Source of the DNA: a virus
Length of the DNA: 57,842 bases
Direction: 5' to 3' (one strand)
Virus record (IMG/VR): IMGVR_UViG_3300029709_000016
Shown: piece by piece, positions 7,881 through 15,981 of the stretch
Layout of the letters: every line of letters starts with the position of its first letter
Numbering within the stretch: the first letter of the stretch is position 1
Position numbers and translations under genes: made by a program
The notes under the pieces: model-generated
Database searches by the model: none
What the model was told of the DNA's origin: nothing
Seen by the model: the letters and a program-made list of their open reading frames with translations, nothing else

Positions 7881-8516
7881 ATGGATATTATGAGAATGCA
7901 CGACATGATTGAAAAACTGTCTGAATGTGCCAAATGTGAAATTGACAAAGGAATTGAAAATATAGACCCGTGTGAAATGGGACAGGTTACAGATATGATG
8001 AAAGACCTTGCAGAAGCAATGTATTATCGTACATTGATGAAATCAATGGAAGAATCGAGTGCAGATGAAACAATGGAAATGTTTGAGCGGCTTGGTGACG
8101 GCAGAAGATTTTATGATAACTACCGCTATTCAAACGGCAGATTTGCACCGAAAGGCAGAGGAACGCGCCGGGGATACGATGAACCTCCGTATTTCCACAT
8201 GACACCGGAAATGTACCGCGGAATGGAACATGACAGGGATATTGACCGCAATTATGGAAGAATGTATTACACAGAACCGGCGACAAGCGGCATGAATATG
8301 ACTGAAAGCGGATATGATAAAGCGAAGCGGCATTATACAGAAACCAAAGAAATGCACAAAGCGAATACCGCAGAGGACAAAGAACATAAGATGAAATCGC
8401 TTGAAAACTACATGAAAGAGTTGTCCGGCGATATTACAGAACTGCTTACAGACATGACGGCAGAAGAACGTACAATGCTGAAAAGCAAGCTTTCAACGCT
8501 TGTAAGTAAAATGTAA
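7881..8516 (+). CDS. Tyr/Arg/Met/Glu-rich protein (211 aa), unknown function
   Basis: RBS aaggggg. Low-complexity core RRFYDNYRYSNGRFAPKGRGTRRGYDEPPYFH..YRGMEHDRDIDRNYGRMYY. Confidence 0.55.
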   Translation: MDIMRMHDMIEKLSECAKCEIDKGIENIDPCEMGQVTDMMKDLAEAMYYRTLMKSMEESSADETMEMFERLGDGRRFYDNYRYSNGRFAPKGRGTRRGYDEPPYFHMTPEMYRGMEHDRDIDRNYGRMYYTEPATSGMNMTESGYDKAKRHYTETKEMHKANTAEDKEHKMKSLENYMKELSGDITELLTDMTAEERTMLKSKLSTLVSKM

Positions 8517-8526
8517 TAATGTAATG

Positions 8527-8554
8527 GCAGGGGCAGAAATGTCCCTGCTTTCTT
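8527..8554 (+). terminator. Rho-independent terminator closing the 5506-8516 cluster
   Basis: gcaggg-N10-ccctgc followed by tttctt. Confidence 0.5.
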
Positions 8555-8617
8555 GAACATTGACAACTAAATATTGGCTAGTGATTTGTGGATTTAAAAA
8601 ATTTTTTCAAAAAGGCA

Positions 8618-8646
8618 TTGACTTGTTACACGTAACATTATATAAT
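8618..8646 (+). promoter_or_regulatory. Sigma-A-type promoter (TTGACT-17-TATAAT) with GTAAC/GTTAC operator-like repeats
   Basis: Exact hexamers with 17-nt spacing. GTTAC/GTAAC motifs occur four times across 8625-8660. Confidence 0.7.
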
Positions 8647-8664
8647 GTAACTCGTAACAAGGAG

Positions 8665-8847
8665 GTGGTTAAAATCGCACCTAAGAGCAGAGCTGATTAC
8701 ATGAAACAGCGTAGAGAAAAGACAAGAAATTTTAGTGCTGAACTTGACAGAGAAAAGTTTGAGAAGCTAGAAAAAAAACTTTCTGAAAAAGGGATAACTA
8801 AAAAGGAATGGCTTGACAACAAGGTTGATGAAGAAATCAGTAATTAA
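8665..8847 (+). CDS. ribbon-helix-helix-like small DNA-binding protein (start uncertain: GTG 8665 or ATG 8701)
   Basis: PKSRADYMKQRREKTRNFSAELDREKFEKLEKKLSEKGITKKEWL has a beta-strand-then-helix layout. GGAGG at 8661-8665. Confidence 0.5.
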   Translation: MVKIAPKSRADYMKQRREKTRNFSAELDREKFEKLEKKLSEKGITKKEWLDNKVDEEISN

Positions 8848-8975
8848 GCAAAAAGAGCAGTTGCCCATGATTTGACGGTCATGCAACTGCTCTAAAACCG
8901 AGATAACTCTCTGTGAAATATTTTATCATAGAGAGTATCTCTTTTCAAGAAAAAATTGAAAGGTAGGTATAATTT

Positions 8976-9218
8976 ATGAAAGAATTTTTGCAAATAGTGT
9001 ATACGAATCAAATAGAAAATACGGAAACTGGTGATGAGTATTTTAAAATCTTTGAACCATTTATGGATAGGCTTAAAGAAATCTTGAGTGACAGCCTTTA
9101 TGAAGAACTAGAAGAATTGTTCAATACTTGTGCAGCTCAAAACAACAGCTTCTATGCAGTTACGGGTATGAAACTGGCGATTGGCATTATGGACGGAACC
9201 TTTGTTCCAACATGCTAG
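8976..9218 (+). CDS. hypothetical protein (80 aa)
   Basis: ORF with a ggtaggt RBS-like stretch. Confidence 0.5.
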   Translation: MKEFLQIVYTNQIENTETGDEYFKIFEPFMDRLKEILSDSLYEELEELFNTCAAQNNSFYAVTGMKLAIGIMDGTFVPTC

Positions 9219-9229
9219 GAGGTTCTGTT

Positions 9230-9883
9230 ATGAATGGAGAAGTAATAAATAAAAATACTACAATAACTACATTAGAAATTGCAAATATGCTAGAAATGAA
9301 ACATTATAAGATACTTGAAAAATTAGAGGGTACAAAAGACGGCAAAACAAAGGGAGTTATTGAAACTTTAACTCACCACGATTTCGTGGTCAGTGATTAT
9401 TTTATTCCGTCTACATATAAAGACGATAGCGGAAAAGAAAACAAATGTTATAAAGTAACCCGCATGGGCTGTGAGTTTCTTGCGAATAAGTTTACCGGGG
9501 AAAAGGGAATTGTTTTTACCGCCCTGTACGTGAAACGCTTCCACGATATGGAGCAGGCATTGAAAAAATCACGGCAGGCAATCCCGGAGAAAGAGTCACT
9601 TGAACATTATGGTATTGTAGAAAAGCCGGATAGCGGCAAGTGGTTTAACAAGAATAACTGGAAACTTAAAATAATCTGTGACCGATTCAAATGGACACGA
9701 AAATTTTTATACCACAAAATTCTTGTTGAACTGTCCGATTTGCACAATTTAGAGCTTGTAGAAAAGCTTTATACCGTTGCATACGGACACAAACCGGAGT
9801 ACAAGCTGAATTTGCTGGATTACAGTGAAGAACTTGCCGAAACAGCAACAAGATATGTTAATTACTTGTTAATTGAAGAATGA
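9230..9883 (+). CDS. Rha-family phage regulatory protein
   Basis: ATG after aggagg. TTLEIANMLEMKHYKILEKL..CYKVTRMGCEFLANKFTGEKG is typical of the Rha N-terminal domain. Confidence 0.65.
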   Translation: MNGEVINKNTTITTLEIANMLEMKHYKILEKLEGTKDGKTKGVIETLTHHDFVVSDYFIPSTYKDDSGKENKCYKVTRMGCEFLANKFTGEKGIVFTALYVKRFHDMEQALKKSRQAIPEKESLEHYGIVEKPDSGKWFNKNNWKLKIICDRFKWTRKFLYHKILVELSDLHNLELVEKLYTVAYGHKPEYKLNLLDYSEELAETATRYVNYLLIEE

Positions 9884-9905
9884 AAAAATAATAATTTCAA
9901 ATTTA

Positions 9906-9946
9906 GAAATCACTGGCTGATATTTAGCTGGTGATTTCTTTTTTTT
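9906..9946 (+). terminator. Rho-independent terminator
   Basis: 13-bp stem gaaatcactggct/agctggtgatttc followed by T8. Confidence 0.8.
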
Positions 9947-9956
9947 GAGGTGAAAT

Positions 9957-10280
9957 ATGTTTTTGATAAATGGTATTGAGTGGAAAATTGAATTTGTTCA
10001 CGGCACAAACAATAATTTGACACGTTCTGACGGCTCTATAAGCCTTGCTGTGACCGATTGGAACGACAAGACTATATATGTATCAAACAAGCCAAAAGGG
10101 GCTTATTTGCGTAAAATAATAGCACACGAACTATGCCATTGTTTTTGCTTTTCTTATGGTGTGAGTATGCCGATTGAACAGGAAGAATTTATGGCAGACT
10201 GGATAAGCAAATATGGCACAGATTTGATTTATCTGCTTGATTATTTAATGGCAGGGATACAGAGGGGAGCGGCAGTGTAA
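9957..10280 (+). CDS. small HExxH metallopeptidase (ImmA/IrrE-like, putative)
   Basis: HELCH motif in KIIAHELCHCF. RBS gaggtg. Confidence 0.5.
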   Translation: MFLINGIEWKIEFVHGTNNNLTRSDGSISLAVTDWNDKTIYVSNKPKGAYLRKIIAHELCHCFCFSYGVSMPIEQEEFMADWISKYGTDLIYLLDYLMAGIQRGAAV

Positions 10281-10444
10281 TGGATAAAATAGATAAGCTT
10301 CTTGAATATGTGCGCCGGACAAATCCCGAAATGACAAAAGAACGATTGATTTATGAATTGGGAGAGTGCCAGTATACAGCAAAATCATTAATCTTTACGG
10401 CAGAAAGTGTGAATTTGCAAAAAGAAAAAGATTTAAAAAGTTGA
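10280..10444 (+). CDS. small hypothetical protein (54 aa)
   Basis: taATG overlap with the upstream stop. Below the ORF-track cutoff. Confidence 0.35.
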   Translation: MDKIDKLLEYVRRTNPEMTKERLIYELGECQYTAKSLIFTAESVNLQKEKDLKS

Positions 10445-10500
10445 TTTAAAGCTATCTACATGGTATAGTATTAGAAAACGCAATAAAGGGGTAGCGAAGT

Positions 10501-11070
10501 ATGAAAACTTGTCCAAATTGTGGAGAACTGATAGGCGATAGCGTTGACCGTTGTTTTAACTGCAATTACAGCTTTAAGTACAAGAGCGTAATTAAGAAAG
10601 AAGCATTGCAGGAGTGCAGAAAGCAGGCAGAAAAAGAAATCGAAGAACTTAACCGGAAAAGAAAAGAAGAAAATGAGCGAAAAGAAGCTGTTATTAATGC
10701 TATTAAATCCGGCAGAATCACAAAAAACGACGTCATGAAAACAACCGGATTTGATTTTGTGGGATATAAAATTGTCAGATATTGCGGAATCGTAACCGAT
10801 ACTGCGTTATACAGTTTAGGCATGATGACGGATTTAAAAAATGCAATGAATTTTAAAGCGATGGTCGCAGGAAAAGAATATAGTGCATTTTCAGAAAAAG
10901 TGCAAACTTTTATAGATGAATTAATGAACGACATGGCATTAGAAGCCTTGTACAAGGGCGCAAACGGTTTAGTTGGAATATCATATAGCTGTGCGCCGTA
11001 TTGGAATACCGGCGACATTTCATTAATGATTACAATGAGCGGAACGGCTGTCTGCATTGAAAAGGAGTAG
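10501..11070 (+). CDS. zinc-ribbon + YbjQ (UPF0145)-like domain protein
   Basis: N-terminal CPNCG..CFNC. C-terminal TTGFDFVGYKIVRYCGIV..ALYKGANGLVGISY..SGTAVCI resembles the YbjQ fold family. Confidence 0.5.
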   Translation: MKTCPNCGELIGDSVDRCFNCNYSFKYKSVIKKEALQECRKQAEKEIEELNRKRKEENERKEAVINAIKSGRITKNDVMKTTGFDFVGYKIVRYCGIVTDTALYSLGMMTDLKNAMNFKAMVAGKEYSAFSEKVQTFIDELMNDMALEALYKGANGLVGISYSCAPYWNTGDISLMITMSGTAVCIEKE

Positions 11071-11076
11071 AAACTT

Positions 11077-11766
11077 ATGGCACTTCCTATTTTTAAATTC
11101 TATGAGAAAGGGGAAACAATGCCGAGGAAAGCAGACACTACTATTATTGATAAAGTATATAACAATTTGAAAGCTGACAAATTGACGGACCAGTACAATT
11201 CATATCATAGAAGACTTTATGAATGTACTTGTTTGCTGTGTGGGAAGAAAAGACTTGCTACTAAACAAAATCTTCAAAGAAACGAAGTAAAGGATTGTGG
11301 AAATCATCGGGATTATAAGGATATTAAAAATAAACGTTTTGGCAAATTAGTTGCAGTATACGTTACCGACCAAAAAAGCCATACAAAAAGCAGATGTAAA
11401 ATATGGCATTGTAAATGCGATTGCGGCAATGAATGTGATGTACATTATGATGATTTAAAAAACGGAAAAGTAAAAAGCTGTGGCTGTTTAAAAAACGAAA
11501 ACATTCAAAAATTATACGCTTATGGTACTGCACCGTGCAAATTGAACGGAAATAAAATAAGAAAAACAAATACATCAGGGACAACAGGTGTTTGGTTTGA
11601 TAAGTCAAGGAATAGGTGGTGCGCAGAAATAATGTTTAAAAAGACAAAATATTTTTTAGGACGCTACAAAAGCAAAGAAGAAGCTATAAATATTCGGAAA
11701 ATTGCAGAAGATAAAATTTTTTGCGAATTTTTAGAATGGTATGAAAAAACTAAAAAAAGTGATTGA
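11077..11766 (+). CDS. AP2-like DNA-binding domain protein with Cys clusters
   Basis: TSGTTGVWFDKSRNRWCAEIMFKKTKYFLGRYKSKEEA is AP2-like. Upstream CKCDCG..SCGC clusters. RBS aaggag. Confidence 0.5.
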   Translation: MALPIFKFYEKGETMPRKADTTIIDKVYNNLKADKLTDQYNSYHRRLYECTCLLCGKKRLATKQNLQRNEVKDCGNHRDYKDIKNKRFGKLVAVYVTDQKSHTKSRCKIWHCKCDCGNECDVHYDDLKNGKVKSCGCLKNENIQKLYAYGTAPCKLNGNKIRKTNTSGTTGVWFDKSRNRWCAEIMFKKTKYFLGRYKSKEEAINIRKIAEDKIFCEFLEWYEKTKKSD

Positions 11767-11827
11767 CTTTTTGCGAGGCATTGATATATTTATTCTATAT
11801 AGTAAAAAGAGAGGAAGTGAAAGAAAA

Positions 11828-12016
11828 ATGCCGGCGGGACACTTGAAAAATGAACATGATAAAGAGAATAAGGAACAGGACTTTGAAACAACATTTTTGC
11901 ATGGGCATGACGGTTCGCAATGTATATATTATACAAATGAAAAATGCTTATATTATAATGACTGTGAATCACCGTGCCACCATTGTCATCACTACACGAC
12001 AAAAATTAGAAATTGA
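11828..12016 (+). CDS. small His/Cys-rich protein (62 aa)
   Basis: Internal ATG after gaggaag. Encodes CESPCHHCHH. Confidence 0.35.
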   Translation: MPAGHLKNEHDKENKEQDFETTFLHGHDGSQCIYYTNEKCLYYNDCESPCHHCHHYTTKIRN

Positions 12017-12020
12017 AAAA

Positions 12021-12051
12021 CTGCTTGTTGTTCGCAACGGGCAGTTTTTTT
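12021..12051 (+). terminator. Rho-independent terminator
   Basis: ctgcttgttg-ttcg-caacgggcag stem-loop followed by T7. Confidence 0.8.
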
Positions 12052-12388
12052 AAATTTTCGCTCAATTTTTTATTCGGAAAAATTTTTAACCCCCCGTCCC
12101 TTTAGATTTTCAGCCCGGTCAATCCATTTTCAAAAATCCCCGATTTTCGAGCGGATTTTAATCAAATTTTGCTGGCAAAATTCACGAAAAGTTTTACTAT
12201 TTTAACGTGCTAAAGTATAAACTATGAACTTGCTTCGGCGAATGAAAAGTCTATTTTTTTATGTCTGCAATCTTGTAAAATGCCCGCAGTCGCCTTATTA
12301 TTTTGCTATGGTAAAAAGCTAGCCATATAAGGCATTTAAAGCCGTATAAGGCTATAAACGGTATAGAAGCGCAACGGCAAAAACACCT

Positions 12389-12745
12389 TTATTTTGGTGG
12401 CTGTTGTTCCTGCTTGTGCTTTGCCCGCGTAGCTTTTACGCGTTGTATAACAGCGTCCCGATTTTGGACGTAGTATTCCCGGTTGTTTTCCGCTGAATTT
12501 TTGCGGCGTGCGATTTCTGCGCACTCTGAACAGCAGTATTTCCGGTACACAGACATAAAAGTTTTACCGCATACTGGACAGATTCGGCTTGTTTTTTGGT
12601 TGGATAACTGCAACCGCCTGCGTTCATTTCCGGCGGCGTCCTGCCGGCGCTTACGTTCAGTAGCACAGGCAGCGGAGCAGACCTCTACACCCTTGCAGCT
12701 TAAAAAGCTTTTGCCGCAAATGGTGCATTTTTTCATTTTTGGCAT
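12389..12745 (-). CDS. double zinc-ribbon protein (118 aa)
   Basis: CTICGK..CSAAC and CPVCGK..CCSEC. RBS aaaggggg on the minus strand. Confidence 0.6.
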   Translation of the reverse strand: MPKMKKCTICGKSFLSCKGVEVCSAACATERKRRQDAAGNERRRLQLSNQKTSRICPVCGKTFMSVYRKYCCSECAEIARRKNSAENNREYYVQNRDAVIQRVKATRAKHKQEQQPPK

Positions 12746-12932
12746 AGAATACCCCCTTTATATTTTAAGATAACACAAAAAAAGCTATAAAAATAGCCTT
12801 GCATTTTTTTGGTATATATGCTATTATATTTTTGTAAACAAAAGTTTGTAAGGTGTGCGGCGCTTTGATAAACCGTAACGCGTGGCGTATTGAAATATGT
12901 TTTAGTACTATTTCAAAAAAAGCCGCACACAA

Positions 12933-12957
12933 AAGCCCCGGATTTTTTTCGGGGCTT
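12933..12957 (-). terminator. Hairpin terminator for the minus-strand gene 12961-13269
   Basis: aagccccg-N9-cggggctt. On the minus strand it is followed by ttgtgtg. Confidence 0.5.
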
Positions 12958-12960
12958 ATT

Positions 12961-13269
12961 TTAATATACATCTGTTACTTTGTATATAGTTTCATGATAT
13001 TCATTTTCGTTTGATACCACCTCTATAGTAATAGATATATTTTCATCGTATACTTCCAACGTTTGCGAGCTGGTATATGGTATATCTCTAAAATCACCGG
13101 TTTCCACGGCATAATCCGAATAATCCTGGCTGTTTCCGTTTTTGTCCAAATATTCAGAATCGAAAGAACAGATTAAATTTTCGTAAAAATTTTCTTCTGT
13201 CTTCCATTCTCCAATTAAATTTCTTAAATTTTCGCGGAAGCGTTCTTCCGCCTGTTCTATTGTATACAT
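12961..13269 (-). CDS. small highly acidic protein (102 aa)
   Basis: RBS aaagggg. Sequence is visibly rich in D/E/Y and poor in K/R. Confidence 0.6.
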   Translation of the reverse strand: MYTIEQAEERFRENLRNLIGEWKTEENFYENLICSFDSEYLDKNGNSQDYSDYAVETGDFRDIPYTSSQTLEVYDENISITIEVVSNENEYHETIYKVTDVY

Positions 13270-13370
13270 AATATACCCCTTTCCGGGTTTTCACCCTTGA
13301 AATTTATTTTTAGTTAAAAGCAAGCCGGGGGATTGAACCCCGGAAGCCCGGCACCGTCTGCCGCTTGCCA

Positions 13371-13730
13371 CTATTTATTTAAACTGCAAATTAAATCCGC
13401 AGCTTGTGCAAGTGCTCGGGCTTGCACATCTAGCCATTGTTCGCGGCTGTTTGGTGCAAGTTCTCCGCCCCTCTTGCGTTTTAACTCGGACGGCGTGCAT
13501 AGTCTTTCTGCTATGTCGCCGTTGTAAATTAAGGAGCTACCGCCCCAGCTATACTGGCTCCAATCGGCGGCACCATTTAATAAAACGGCTTCTAATTCTA
13601 ATTTTGAAGCCGGAAGAGTTTCTTCTTCCAGATTCTCTACAAGTTCATAGGCGTACAACAATACGCCTTTACCCCATGCGCTTTTTGCCTTTCGGCTTTC
13701 TATTTGCTCCATAATTTCATTTTTTTTCAT
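13371..13730 (-). CDS. hypothetical protein (119 aa)
   Basis: RBS aaaggtga on the minus strand. Confidence 0.6.
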   Translation of the reverse strand: MKKNEIMEQIESRKAKSAWGKGVLLYAYELVENLEEETLPASKLELEAVLLNGAADWSQYSWGGSSLIYNGDIAERLCTPSELKRKRGGELAPNSREQWLDVQARALAQAADLICSLNK

Positions 13731-13785
13731 TGTTTTTCACCTTTGCCCATGTTATAATAGGGCTACCTTTCTTTTTTTGATTGGT

Positions 13786-13825
13786 GGCGGTTGCATGCTT
13801 TTGAGGAGTGGCAACCGCCTTTTTT
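13786..13825 (+). terminator. Rho-independent terminator (insulator-like; no plus-strand gene upstream)
   Basis: ggcggttgc-N16-gcaaccgcc followed by T6. Confidence 0.5.
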
Positions 13826-13863
13826 ATATTGCCTTTCGACATTGTTATAATAACACATTAATT

Positions 13864-13952
13864 ACATAAATGCAATACATAAATGCAATAAAATTAAAAT
13901 AATATTTAATTTAATGCAAAAAATTGACTTTTATTGCAATATGTATTATTAT
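13864..13952 (+). promoter_or_regulatory. Operator array plus promoter for the RHH gene
   Basis: Perfect tandem 13-mers ACATAAATGCAAT x2 (13864-13889), further TGCAA/ATTGCA copies, then TTGACT-17-TATTAT (13924-13952). Confidence 0.6.
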
Positions 13953-13987
13953 ATGTAATAGCATTACATTAATGAAAGGCGGATAAT

Positions 13988-14377
13988 ATGGATAATATTG
14001 AAATGTTAGAAAAGTACAAACAAAGGATAAAACGGCAAAACGAAAAAATAAAGCAGGACTACGACCGTGCGAGCGTAACACTCCCCAAAGGCACGAAAGA
14101 CCGTATACAGGCATTGGGCTACACTGTAAACGGATTTTTAAATTCTGCGGTATTGGCAGAGCTGGAAAGGTTAGAAGCAGAAGCGCCGCAGACAGCGCAG
14201 CCGGAAGCCGCAAAAGAAGAACAGCCGGAGCAGGCACAGCCAAAAGCAGACCGGCCGGAAGATGTCGCAGAATTAAATAACTGGCTGCACCAAATACAGC
14301 AGGAAAACGAGCAAAAACGATTGCAGGAGGTCGCACGCAGACAGGCGAACGTGGAGGCAGAAAACGGATATGATTAA
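13988..14377 (+). CDS. ribbon-helix-helix (Arc/CopG-like) protein with acidic P/E/Q-rich tail
   Basis: RASVTLPKGTKDRIQALGYTVNGFLNSAVLAELERL. RBS gaaaggcgg. Confidence 0.55.
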   Translation: MDNIEMLEKYKQRIKRQNEKIKQDYDRASVTLPKGTKDRIQALGYTVNGFLNSAVLAELERLEAEAPQTAQPEAAKEEQPEQAQPKADRPEDVAELNNWLHQIQQENEQKRLQEVARRQANVEAENGYD

Positions 14378-14468
14378 TAAAATAGTTGCCGTTTAAAAAA
14401 TTAAGTTATATAATACTATACAGAGCGGAACACGAACCGCTCAACAATTTAATATAGCACGTAAAAAA

Positions 14469-14501
14469 AGAGAACCGCGCCCCCTCGGCGGTTCTCTTTT
14501 T
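14469..14501. terminator. Bidirectional terminator
   Basis: 10-bp stem agagaaccgc/gcggttctct with an A-run before and a T-run after. It sits between convergent genes. Confidence 0.75.
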
Positions 14502-14510
14502 ACTTCTTTT

Positions 14511-14771
14511 TTATTCTTCGGAGTTTCCCCAGCCGGAAAGCGTGCACGGATTCCCGTTGCCGTCTTCCCATCCACCCGTTATCGGGTCAATGCCGCTGTT
14601 AAGTTCAGCGGTGCAATTTTTATAGTCCGCGTAATCTCTGCAAACTATATAGCCCAAAAATTCCCCGTTTAAATTTACGGAAAATATTTCCGAGCCGTCA
14701 CCCTCTACCGTTATGCCGTTTTCAAATTCCCAATATTCTGAACTGTAGTCGAATTTAAACATATTTCCCAC
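14511..14771 (-). CDS. small acidic protein (86 aa)
   Basis: RBS agggtggg on the minus strand. Confidence 0.55.
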   Translation of the reverse strand: MGNMFKFDYSSEYWEFENGITVEGDGSEIFSVNLNGEFLGYIVCRDYADYKNCTAELNSGIDPITGGWEDGNGNPCTLSGWGNSEE

Positions 14772-14873
14772 CCTTGCGGCAGTGTCGCCGCCCTTTCTTT
14801 TTTAATAATAGTATTATCGCACCGGCTTAATATTTTGTCAAGACAATTTTATCTAAAAATAGAATAATTTTTA

Positions 14874-14902
14874 TTGACATTTTATTACATATAATGTACA
14901 AT
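14874..14902 (+). promoter_or_regulatory. Promoter TTGACA-17-TACAAT
   Basis: Hexamers and spacing read directly from the sequence. Confidence 0.6.
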
Positions 14903-14935
14903 TTTTAACATATTAAAAGGAAAGGAGAACGCAAA

Positions 14936-15163
14936 ATGATAAAATATAAAATAGACGTGTTTGAGCTTTTAAAAGAACGTGGATACAATCAAGCCCGAAT
15001 CCAAAAAAATGGTCTTTTATCAGGGCAGACAATACAAAATATTAAGGCAGGCAAAAGCATTACACTAGAAACGTTAAACCGCATTTGCATAATGTGCCGT
15101 TGCCAGCCGTCCGACATAATAGAGGTTGTGCCGACAGACGCGGAAAAAATAAAATTTTTCTAG
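14936..15163 (+). CDS. XRE-type helix-turn-helix protein (75 aa)
   Basis: LLKERGYNQARIQKNGLLSGQTIQNIKAGKSITLETLNRICIMCRCQPSDII. RBS aaaggagaa. Confidence 0.65.
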   Translation: MIKYKIDVFELLKERGYNQARIQKNGLLSGQTIQNIKAGKSITLETLNRICIMCRCQPSDIIEVVPTDAEKIKFF

Positions 15164-15172
15164 CAAAAGCAC

Positions 15173-15201
15173 TTGACAACATTCTAAAATTAGAATATAA
15201 T
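15173..15201 (+). promoter_or_regulatory. Consensus promoter TTGACA-17-TATAAT
   Basis: Exact consensus hexamers with 17-nt spacing. The leader carries a cgcccc-gtaga-ggggcg hairpin. Confidence 0.7.
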
Positions 15202-15253
15202 AAAGACAGATTAAAGGAAAGGGCGCCCCGTAGAGGGGCGAGGGTACAGAAAC

Positions 15254-15451
15254 ATGATGAATGAAAACAACGGAAGCTGGCAGGTGTTCGCGGTTGCACG
15301 CGAACATTTAAAGGAAATGCCGTTTGACTATGACGGTAAACACGCAACTGGCGACTGCGTGAAGTTATCCACAACAGGTGAGTGGGTAACGGAATATGAG
15401 GGCGAGGAATACGAAGACGCGCCCGACTGCGTGGAAACGTGGGAAGATTAA
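15254..15451 (+). CDS. small acidic protein (65 aa)
   Basis: Has its own consensus promoter. C-terminus EYEGEEYEDAPDCVETWED. Confidence 0.55.
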   Translation: MMNENNGSWQVFAVAREHLKEMPFDYDGKHATGDCVKLSTTGEWVTEYEGEEYEDAPDCVETWED

Positions 15452-15510
15452 TATAATTTCCCATTTTGATAGTTAGATAGTTACCATGATAAAAATATAA
15501 CTACATTTTT

Positions 15511-15545
15511 AGCCGGGTACATAATGCCCGGCTATTTTTATTTTT
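15511..15545 (+). terminator. Rho-independent terminator
   Basis: agccggg-N9-cccggct followed by a T-rich run. Confidence 0.7.
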
Positions 15546-15646
15546 AATAATAAATATTAATTTTAATATTTTATCTACAAAAAGTCAATAAAATATCCAA
15601 TTTATAGAAATTTAATAAAATTTATAAAAAATTCCGCCACTCGAGC

Positions 15647-15667
15647 GATACCCTATAGATACCCTAT
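15647..15667. repeat. Tandem direct repeat GATACCCTAT x2 (1-nt spacer)
   Basis: Read directly: gataccctat a gataccctat. Confidence 0.85.
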
Positions 15668-15671
15668 CCGC

Positions 15672-15773
15672 AGAAGAAAAAAGAGAAAAAAAGAACGAAA
15701 GAAAAACCAAAGAGAAAAGAAGCAAAAGAGAAAATAAAAAGAAAGATAGAATAAAAAGAGAAATAAAGAAGAT
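15672..15773 (+). repeat. ~100-nt polypurine (A/G) tract
   Basis: agaagaaaaaagagaaaaaaagaacgaaag...; only about nine pyrimidines by hand count. No start codon for the K/E/R-rich frame. Confidence 0.85.
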
Positions 15774-15981
15774 ATATTTTTAAATATTTTTAAATAAAAT
15801 ACACTTTATTTTTTATTTTTAAGTAATTAGGGAATTAATTTAGTTTATATATATAATATAATACGCGCGGATTTATTTAAAATATATTCAAAAAAGCTAT
15901 TGACAGTATAATTATTTTAGTGTATTGTGTAAGCACAGGTTGCAGAAATGCAAAAATGAAAATTGAATAGTAATTATTTTT

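Noticed and set aside
8853-8895. The long hairpin after the RHH gene (agagcagttgc...gcaactgctct) as a plus-strand terminator.
   Set aside because: It has no T-run on the plus strand; the U-tract would lie on the minus strand, where no gene ends. Left unannotated.
12765-12971. A 68-aa minus-strand ORF between two minus-strand genes.
   Set aside because: It spans the terminator hairpin at 12933-12957 and the promoter region of the 12389-12745 gene, and it has no RBS.
15628-15780. A K/E/R-rich open frame across the polypurine tract as a highly basic peptide gene.
   Set aside because: The frame opens after a TAA at 15625 and has no ATG/GTG/TTG start or RBS. The composition is a by-product of the purine tract.
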